A stretch of DNA of 64,000 nt, from positions 27,466,001 through 27,530,000 of the forward strand of contig OZ024757.1 in NCBI GenBank assembly GCA_964016885.1. Reading direction: 5' to 3'. The translations under genes were made by a program, and so were the position numbers. A model generated the notes under the pieces. The model was not told the DNA's origin. It was given only the letters and a program-made list of their open reading frames with translations, and did not search any database. Below are positions 55,560 through 64,000 of this stretch, one piece after another; position 1 is the first letter of the stretch; every line of letters begins with the position of its first letter. This DNA is from Eledone cirrhosa (Eukaryota).

Positions 55560-58275
55560 AGAATTTATAAATTTCCGGTTGGTTGGTTGGTTCCATAACC
55601 AGACGGTTGTTCATATATTGTCAAAGTTCTTTTGTCACACATTCTGTGACCTCTTCAGTGACTGGCGATTCTTTTCTTTGTTTTGTGCCTCTCCTTTGTT
55701 CTGTCCTACGCCATCTTGGTTTTGTGTATGTTGTGTGCTTAGTTTGAGCATGTGTTACATCTGGGTGTCTGTGTGTGTTTTTATTTGTTTATTTATTTGT
55801 TTATTTACATGTTACTGGTTGGTTTGTTCTACGTGTGTGTGTGTTTTCATTTTGTCCTTAATTGTAAGTTGTGATGTTGCTATTCCATTCATGTTTTCTA
55901 TTTAATTTGGGTTGGAGTTCATTTATGTTTATTGCCTCTGTGATTTGTCTAAACATTGCGTCTTTTCTGTGTGTAGATTCTATTTTTATTTCTATGTTCT
56001 CTAATTTGCCCTTATGTTCTATTTTAGCATGTTGGTGGAGTATTGATGATTCTTTTTTATCTTGAAGTTCTCGCCAGTGTTCATTTAACCGTTCTCCTTT
56101 ACTACGAGCTGTCTCACCTATGTACACTATATTCTTATCTTTACATTGTCCTTCAGTACATCTTATGCTATATACTACATTTCTAGTTTTACAGTTAATA
56201 TCGGGGCTTAGTTTACAGATTATGCATTTCTTATCTATACAGGGAGGTCTTTGAAAAGGGTATGTATTGCTAATAAGTGTTTTTATGGAGGTATCTGGTC
56301 TTTCTACTATCTTAATATTAAGTTTATGTTTATCTAGGGCCCTTCTAAATTTGTAAGCTTATTCACCTCTAGGGGTTGTATTGATGAACATTACACTCTG
56401 GTATTTATTGCTATCATACCATGAGTTTATTCTATTAACCTTATTCCTAGTTCTTTCTATTCTATTCCAAAATTTGCTCCTATACAAAGGGCAGGTCCCA
56501 TTTGTATCATTATTTACCATTTTTTCCCATTTGGTTCTGTCTCCTCTATATACTCTGATTTTATCTCACTGATTGTAACCAGAGAACTGCATACAGCGGA
56601 TGAAGTGTTGTATGTGTCTCTCTAGTTCTTTGGGGTTGCACATGCGGGACACGTTTCTCATCACCCGTACCAAATCCGCAATCAGTATGTTGATTTTGGT
56701 GTGATCCGAAACAGCTGAGTTTCGGTGGATCAGAGATATTTGGAAGTCATGGGTTTGGCATAATGGGAATGGAGGATTTGTTTTTTGTTATTAATGGTTT
56801 CTAACCAGAGCTCTGTGTCTAGTACAGGTAATCGATGGTTGGGGTGTTTGCTTGGGTAGACTATAGTAACTTTAATACTCTGGTGGATGGAGTTAGCTAT
56901 TTGCTGGATGCTTTCCATGGTGTTTTTCTCTAATTCCTGACTGTTCTCTAGTGGGGGTGTTTTTACTACGATGTTTATATCATCAACGTAGCGGGAGTAC
57001 ATTATCAGGGTTAAGAGGTTGCTGTTTTCTAATTGTTCTTTAAGTTTAAGTTTAAGTTTATTGTCCCACCATACCATGAATAGGTTAGCTATGTCACCTG
57101 CAATGCTAACACCAATGGCTGCTCCCTCCTCTTGGGCATATGTTTTTCCATTAAATTTGAACATATGCTCCTTAAGGGTTAGTTTTATACTGGTCCCCAC
57201 CGCATGTGCAATCATTTTCTTGAGTTCATTGTGGTTTTCAGGGGTCCGTATGGCTCTGGTCCACCCGTTCCATCTTTCTGTGTGGGTTTTCTTGGCCATT
57301 GAGGTAATGGTAGGTGGTCTGCCTCTTGCTGGTCTTGTAGGGCACAGGTTGCTAAGGTCATATGTATCTAGATAATCATCACTATAGGTAAGTTTAAGTA
57401 GAAGTCCCAGCTCACTGGTATCAATCCCACGGATTTCAACATTGCTCTCACTGATCATTTCTACGCATTTCTCCACAGCAAAATCCACGTCAATGGATGG
57501 ATATAGGGACACAACATCCATACTACCTATTATACAGTCTGTTAGGTCCCTAGATCGGTTATTTTTGCTGATTCTGCTGAGGAGGTCCTCCGTGCTGTCA
57601 CATATATCTGGGGACATTTCAATGATGGGGCGTATGATCAGGGAGAGGAAGTAGGAAAGTCTGTAGTTTCTAGCAATGTTAGCTCCACAGACTGGCTGTG
57701 TTGGTGGTCCTGTGACAGGGTCACTGCTCATCTTATGGTCTTTTCGAAGCCCATACAATGCTGGCACGTCATTGTTCCAGGCCTGGAAGTTGTTGGCAGT
57801 CCTTTTATTGGGCTGCATTATGTTTGTCCACATCATTATATGGGCATTGAGGCATTTCTCCCTATCCTCATGCTCTTGTCGTGTTACTTCTCTTGTGTTA
57901 GTGATGTGGGGTTGCATTGCCTGGATGTAGTTTGACAGACTGTCAACCGACATTCTGCCAGACTTGTCTGTTGGAAAGCATGCAATCTCTCCATTACGCG
58001 AGCGCTGCATGAGCTTACGAAAGCCATTTGCAGATTTTTCCCCCAGTTGCTGGGCCTCCATTCTATTTTGTTTCTTGCTATACTGTTCTATAATATTTCT
58101 AAGTTTAGATCTAGCTATACTAAATTGTGCTTCTGTTTGTTCATCGACTTGCGACGGCAATTGCGTGCGTTTGGTAAAAGCTAAAGTCGTGGCGTGGACT
58201 CGTCGTAGGTCGAAGGACATATCGGAAGGATTATAAAAAGTAAAATTCCAAGCTGCTGCTTTATGTGTACTATTG
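55560..58275 (-). mobile_element. Penelope-like retroelement (Neptune-like: RT + Cys linker + C-terminal GIY-YIG), 5'-truncated, disrupted
   Basis: RT motifs DVVSLYPSI, QEEGAAIG..IANLFM, RYVDD, LPVLD, KP. After a 2-nt frameshift at about 56730 and two stops the frame continues into C-x4-C-x2-C-x7-C, then NVVYSIRC...YIGETARS..ERLNEH...EA..I....PKLN (GIY-YIG). The 5' end abuts (TA)n. Confidence 0.9.
55620..55662 (-). ncRNA. Decayed hammerhead in the 3' region of the Penelope-like element
   Basis: gtca-CTGAAGA-g-gtcaca(gaatg)tgtgac-AAAA-gaac-TT^tgac; the G-to-A change is at a CpG; same strand as the PLE ORF. Confidence 0.62.
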
Positions 58276-58442
58276 CTATTGTTATATATACATATGTGTA
58301 CTATTGCTATGTTATATATACATATATATACATGCACACACACACACACATATATATATACCACCATCATCACTGCCACCATGACCATCACTACCACTTG
58401 TACACAAACGTGTGTTTTTCCTGCCAGCGACATATCAAACAT

Positions 58443-58547
58443 ATCGATTTTCATCTGAGGATATCATTCTCATAATCAACAGCAAATGCATGAAGGACAT
58501 CTCGATTGCATGGAGAACCATGGAAATAATTATTATGATTAAACGAT
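58443..58547 (+). ncRNA. Type I hammerhead ribozyme motif
   Basis: atcg..tcat-CTGAGGA-tat..ttctc...gagaa..atg-GAAA-taatta-TT^atga..cgat. Confidence 0.62.
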
Positions 58548-58573
58548 ATATGTAACCTCAGCATCTTATATTG

Positions 58574-58630
<57 letters not shown>

Positions 58631-59229
58631 TAGAGCTTCTATCATCTTTACCAGGATCTATATTGGTAAACTCCAATATAACCATATATATATATACATA
58701 TATATAAGGTGTCTCCCAAAAATGTATACACACTTTCATTACCTGTACATGCAATATTTATTAGAATGGTGTCTACATTTTGGGGGGGACACCCTTTATA
58801 TACAAGAGTGGTGTATTGGTAAAGTTGGTAAACCATTGGGTAAAATGCCATTGTGGTATTGGCCATTGTATGTTCCTGAGTTCAAATCCCACCAAGGTCA
58901 ACTTTGCCTTTCATCTGTCTGGGGTAGATATAATAAAGGACCAGTTAAGTCTTGGTCAATATAATCATCTTTATCCTTCCCCCAAATTGCTGGCCTTGTG
59001 CCTAAATTAGATATCATTCTTGACATCATCATCATCAGCGTTGTTGTTGTTGTTGTTGTTATCATTGTTATTAATTTTCTCTTCTCATCTCAATCAATAA
59101 ATCTTTTTGTGTACAAGTGGTAGTGATAGTCATGGTGATGGTGGTTATGGTGGTGGTGATGGTGGTGATGGTGGTAGTGGTGGTGGTGGTGGTGGTGATG
59201 GCAATGGTGTATACTGATAATGGTGATAG

Positions 59230-60260
59230 TGTTGGTGGTGATGGTGGTGGAGATGGCGGTGGTTGTGATATTGGTGGTGATGGTGGTGGTTGTGATATTG
59301 GTGGTGATGGCGGTGGTTGTGAAATTAGTGGTGATGGTGGTGGTGATGGCGGTGGTTGTGATATTGGTGGTGATGGTGGTGGTTGTGATATTGGTGGTGA
59401 TGGCGGTGGTTGTGATATTGGTGGTGATGGCGGTGGTTGTGATATTGGTGGTGATGGTGGTGATTGTGATATTGGTGGTGATGGCGGTGGTTGTGATATT
59501 GGTGGTGATGGTGGTGGTTTTGATATTGGTGGTGATGGCGGTGGTTGTGATGGTGGTGGTTGTGATATTGGTGGTGATGGGGGTGGTTGTGAAATTAGTG
59601 GTGATGGTGGTGGTGATATTGGTGGTTGTGATATTGGTGGTGATGGTGGTGGTTGTGATATTGGTGGTGATGGGGGTGGTTGTGATATTGGTGGTGATGG
59701 GGGTGGTTGTGATATTGGTGGTGATGGGGGTGGTTGTGATATTGGTGGTGATGGCGGTGGTTGTGATATTGGTGGTGATGGGGGTGGTTGTGATATTGGT
59801 GGTGATGGGGGTGGTGGTTGTGATATTGGTGGTGATGGTGGTGGTTGTGATAGTGGTGGTGATGGTGGTGGTTGTGATAGTGGTGGTGATGGCGGTGGTT
59901 GTGATATTGGTGGTGATGGGGGTGGTTGTGATATTGGTGGTGATGGTGGTGGTGGTTGTGATATTGGTGGTGATGGCAGTGGTTGTGATAGTGGTGGTGA
60001 TGGTGGTGGTTGTGATAGCGGTGGTGATGGTGGTGGTTGTGATATTGGTGGTGATGGTGGTGGTTGTGATATTGGTGGTGATGGGGGTGGTTGTGATATT
60101 GGTGGTGATGGTGGTGGTTGTGATATTGGTGGTGATGGCGGTGGTTGTGATAGTGGTGGTGATGGTGGTGGTTGTGATATTGGTGGTGATGGGGGTGGTT
60201 GTGATATTGGTGGTGATGGGGGTGGTTGTGATATTGGTGGTGATGGTGATGACTGTGATA
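59230..60260. repeat. 27-bp minisatellite
   Basis: ggtggtgatggtggtggttgtgatatt repeated more than 30 times. Confidence 0.9.
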
Positions 60261-61118
60261 ATGGTGATGGTGGTGATGGTACCAGTGGTTGTAACAGTAA
60301 AGGTGGCAGTGATGTTGGTGGTGTTGGTGATAGTAGGGGGTGGTTCACCAAGAAATTGTTAATATGATCAATAACAGAAATCCACACTGTGCATTGCAAT
60401 CTTAACCAAACTCTCCCCCATGCCCAACTCCCAGCTCCATCCCGACCTTTTAAAATTATCTCTTCCCTCCTCCATACCACTGCCAACACCACTATTACCA
60501 TCACCACTAACAACAACAATACTCTTGCTGCCACTATCATCTCTATCACCACCACCACCACCACCACTACTACTACCTCTACTACCTTCCCTACCATCAC
60601 AATATTGCCACCACCAACACTAACATCAACACTATCACCCCTACCATAACAATAACACCACTACCACCATCACTGACACATCCCCACCATCCCAACATCA
60701 GCTCTACCATCTCTGCCTTCAAATCATCACCACCAACAACACAATCACCCCTACCATAACAACACCAATACCACCACCAACACAACTACCATCACATCAT
60801 TAACTAATGTCCTTCAGTCATATTAAAATATCTTGTTATTGTTGTTGTTGTTGTTGTTGTTGATCACAGCTCAAGATATTTTAATTATTTTTCAAAATCA
60901 ATTAGACTACAAATGAATGTCATATTATGTCCTTACCACCACCACGATTTTGTTACCCATACAACCAACATACAACCTCTACAACCACCAGAAAACCTAC
61001 CACATAACCACCAAAGACTTTAATAGAATGATACAATTAGGAAAATATTTATGGATAAGAATGTAAGGAGGTGTGGTGTAAAGAGACTATTTTTTCAGGT
61101 AGTAGTAATAGTAGTATA

Positions 61119-62322
61119 GGTTGCGAATTGGCAGAGTTGTTAAAACGTCGGATAGAGTGCTTTATGTTAAAAGGTCGGATAGAGTGCTTTATGGTATTTG
61201 TTCCAGCTCTCTGCTGTGGGAGTTTAAATCCAGCCGAGGTCAACTTTGCCTTTCATTCTTTTGAGGTCGATAAAAAAAGTACCAGTTTAGTACTGGGTCG
61301 ATTCTTTCTCTATATCTCTTTCTCAATTTCCTCTTTTTCTATCTTTCTCTGGAAGAAATCTGCTGTACTCAGGCTTGAAAAGGGATGGGCTCTGATTGGC
61401 TTAAAATGCCCAAGAAACGTTGTATGTCAAAACGGTGCCCTATGACTCCATCAGGAGTTACGGGATGGTACCATAGTAATGGTGGTGGTGGTCGTAGTAG
61501 TAGTAGTTGTAGGGGTGGTACTGAAAGTAGTAATAATTCTTTCTAACATTGGCACAAGGGGAAAGTTGATAATATTGACCCCAGAACTTAATTGGTACTT
61601 TATTTTATTGACTCTGGAAGGATAAAGGCTAAATTTCACCTTGGCAGGAATTGATCTCAGAATGTATAAAGTTGAAACTAAATACCACAAAGCATTTAGT
61701 TGAACGCTCTACCGATATTGCCATTGTGGTAGTAGAAATGGTAGTTTAGCTTTAGGTGAATTATGATAATAATAATGGTTTCTGATTTAGGCACAAGACT
61801 AGCATTTTTTTGTTGGCTGGGGGGGGGGGGGGGTAAATCGGCCCCAGTGTGTTACTGGTATTTATTTTATTGACCCTATAAGGATGAAAGCTATAAGGAT
61901 GAAAGCTGGATTTGAACACAGAACATAAATGGTCATAAACTCTGTGCATTGTGTCTAACGCTCTACCGATTCTGCCAATCCACCGTCCTAATAATAATAA
62001 TAATAATGGTTTCTGATTTAGGCATAAGGCCGGCAATTTTTTTTGGGGGGGGGTGTCGATTAAATCAATCCCAGTGTGTTACTGGTACTTCATTTTAATA
62101 ACCCTGTAAGGATGAAAGGCGAAGCTAACTTTGGCAGGATTAATAATTGTTTCTACTTTTGGCACAAGGCCAGCAATTACCCAGTGCATTACTGGTACTT
62201 TATTTTATCGACCCTGTAAGGATGAAAGGCAAAGTCAACCTCGGCGGGATTTGAACTCAGAACGTAAAGGGACGTAACTATGCTGGAAAGCATGGCGTCC
62301 AACCCTCTATCGATACTGCCAA
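61119..62322. mobile_element. Cluster of about 5 Meta-domain SINE copies upstream of the GPCR exon
   Basis: Repeated cores at about 61240 (+) and 61600, 61870, 62100, 62210 (-). Confidence 0.75.
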
Positions 62323-62572
62323 TATAATAATAATAGTCTAACCCATGCTAGCGTGGAAGAAAGACGTTAAACGGTAATGATGATGATGATGAATAGTAAT
62401 AATAATAATGATTTCTTTATGAACCAAAAAGGGTTTACATCAAGAAAAACATTATGACAGTACAGGACGAAAACATAGAGTGTGTGTATGTGTGTGGGTG
62501 TGTCGATTTTGCGATAATAATAATGATGATGATGATAAATAATGAAAATAATACACTGGTCTAATTTGGATA

Positions 62573-62591
62573 TTTTTTTTATCTCTTTCAG
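62573..62591 (+). other. Putative 3' splice acceptor of the GPCR coding exon
   Basis: ttttttttatctctttcag, followed by about 130 nt of 5' UTR and then the ATG. Confidence 0.6.
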
Positions 62592-62722
62592 ATTGTTCAT
62601 GATAATACTGTGACACTCACCAAATATTTCCTTCTGGACATCTCATAAACATATTGATATTATGTTGGCTAAACACAATCAAAGATAATCTAAAAGTTGA
62701 AATTGTTGCTCAACAGGCAACC

Positions 62723-63982
62723 ATGTTGTCTTCAGATTCATCAAATTTCAGTAAACTATTGAGCTGGAATGAGACTGACCTGGATACCAGATATACAGAG
62801 GGGGGCATAGTTTATGCCATTGCATTTGTCGGCATTTTAGGTAATGCTGGAGTATTGTTGGCAGTGATTATGTTTAAAAAACTGCGCCATGCAGCGACTG
62901 CATTTCTATCACACCATTGTCTACTGGACCTTATTAAATCAGCTTTCTGCATCACACTTGGCTACAGTCTTCAACATCGGCAAGAGATACCTCATTGCAA
63001 CTGGTTCGGCACTGTTTACATCATACTCATGACAGCTTCAGCTTACAATTTGTTTGCAATTGTTGTTAATGAAGAATACCATATGATCTACTACAAGCAG
63101 AACTATAACAATTATCTCTGTATCAGTTTTGGGCTGTTTATGATCTGGTTTGCCAGTATCCTTATTCATCTTGGTGTTGGCTTTTTACCGAGCCGACTGC
63201 ATTACAACAAAGATATAGGCTTTTGTTCATTTAAACAAGGAATTCCCAGCAGTGTTGTCACCCATGTCTGTTGGCTGATTCTGATAACCTTTGCAATAAC
63301 CCTGACCCTGGTTGGTTTGTGGTTCCTCCATCAGAAAGTGCAGTACCATGCATATACGCCGCAAAATGTTTTCGGTGAAGATTTTCTAGCACAAGACGAG
63401 AAAGACATCTTGTGGGAGATAGAGACAGATGAACTACATTCAGATGTTCAGCCATTCTTCATTGACAACCATCGGAGAAGGGTTTTCATGTTAATAGGTA
63501 TGACTGCCACTTACTTACTGTGTTGGTTGCCGTTATTTGCTATCACCATTTTTGATGTGAATTTCATATTAAATCCCCAACTCTACAAAATACTGACAAT
63601 CGTAGCTTGGAGCCAACCGATCACCACCCCAGTGTTTGCTAGCGTCTATCTGTGGGACATCGCTGACAAGTTCAACTTGGAGAAAGACCTACAGAACAAG
63701 ATAGCCCAGTTAAACCACAAGGACATGGAAGCTACCCAGGTAGAAACCTCATACAACACTGCTTCAACAGCATTACTCAGGCCACCGGTTGCCATCCAGA
63801 ATCGGCTGCTGAACATGCAGCCAAGTCTGACATCATCAGAATGCAGTCAAGTTGGCAGTTTGAGACGACACATGGAGTATATGGGATCTGTAGGTCATTC
63901 AGGCATAACTAACGAGGGTGCTTTGAGCAGTTTGCCTCGTGGTCATGGCAGTCTATGGATGAGACAAGATGCTTCTTTATAA
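62723..63982 (+). CDS. Single-exon rhodopsin-like (class A) orphan GPCR, SREB/GPR85-like, 419 aa
   Basis: ATG in good Kozak context (caaccATGt) at 62723; N-terminal sequons NFS and NET; seven hydrophobic segments; TM1 GN; TM2 'HCLLDLIKSAFC' resembling GPR85 'CCSDILRSAIC'; Cys at top of TM3 and in ECL2; TM6 CWLP. Polypyrimidine tract plus AG acceptor at 62573-62591 upstream. Confidence 0.88.
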   Translation: MLSSDSSNFSKLLSWNETDLDTRYTEGGIVYAIAFVGILGNAGVLLAVIMFKKLRHAATAFLSHHCLLDLIKSAFCITLGYSLQHRQEIPHCNWFGTVYIILMTASAYNLFAIVVNEEYHMIYYKQNYNNYLCISFGLFMIWFASILIHLGVGFLPSRLHYNKDIGFCSFKQGIPSSVVTHVCWLILITFAITLTLVGLWFLHQKVQYHAYTPQNVFGEDFLAQDEKDILWEIETDELHSDVQPFFIDNHRRRVFMLIGMTATYLLCWLPLFAITIFDVNFILNPQLYKILTIVAWSQPITTPVFASVYLWDIADKFNLEKDLQNKIAQLNHKDMEATQVETSYNTASTALLRPPVAIQNRLLNMQPSLTSSECSQVGSLRRHMEYMGSVGHSGITNEGALSSLPRGHGSLWMRQDASL

Positions 63983-64000
63983 GAAAAACAAGAGCTGGAT

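Noticed and set aside
56569-56571. In-frame TGA in the PLE as possible selenocysteine
   Set aside because: The element also has a frameshift and a TAA; the TGA is best explained by CGA deamination at a non-Cys position
58276-58454. N-terminal part of the 574-aa ORF
   Set aside because: Microsatellite read-through; RT-element similarity begins only near 58270
59071-60600. 509-aa Pro-rich (extensin-like) and 416-aa Gly/Cys-rich ORFs
   Set aside because: Translations of a 27-bp minisatellite that is open in several frames on both strands, with no unique coding flanks or splice context
62654-62722. TTG-initiated N-terminal extension of the GPCR
   Set aside because: Eukaryotic gene; the ATG at 62723 has good Kozak context and precedes the N-glycosylation sites

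Overview
AT-rich, microsatellite-saturated metazoan DNA; the SINE, LINE and MITE content looks like an octopus (coleoid cephalopod) genome, which is an inference from the repeat families. Only one intact host CDS is visible: a single-exon class A GPCR (62723-63982, +) resembling SREB/GPR85 but with non-canonical DRY and NPxxY motifs. The rest is mobile DNA: a degraded Penelope-like element (RT + Cys linker + GIY-YIG, 55560-58275, -), a 5'-truncated R4/Dong-like LINE, RTE fragments, many tRNA-derived SINEs, a non-autonomous Helitron, and Tc1/mariner, hAT and piggyBac-type MITEs. Most listed ORFs are microsatellite artefacts. The most striking signal, found by reading both strands, is about 15 type I hammerhead-ribozyme-like motifs (12 with intact CUGANGA/GAAA cores) from several unrelated short elements, mostly within or next to (TA)n tracts. 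Six different self-complementary 8-mers occupy helix III, one motif sits in the Penelope element's 3' region, and several copies form fold-back palindromes centred on helix II. All structures were folded by eye and are untested.
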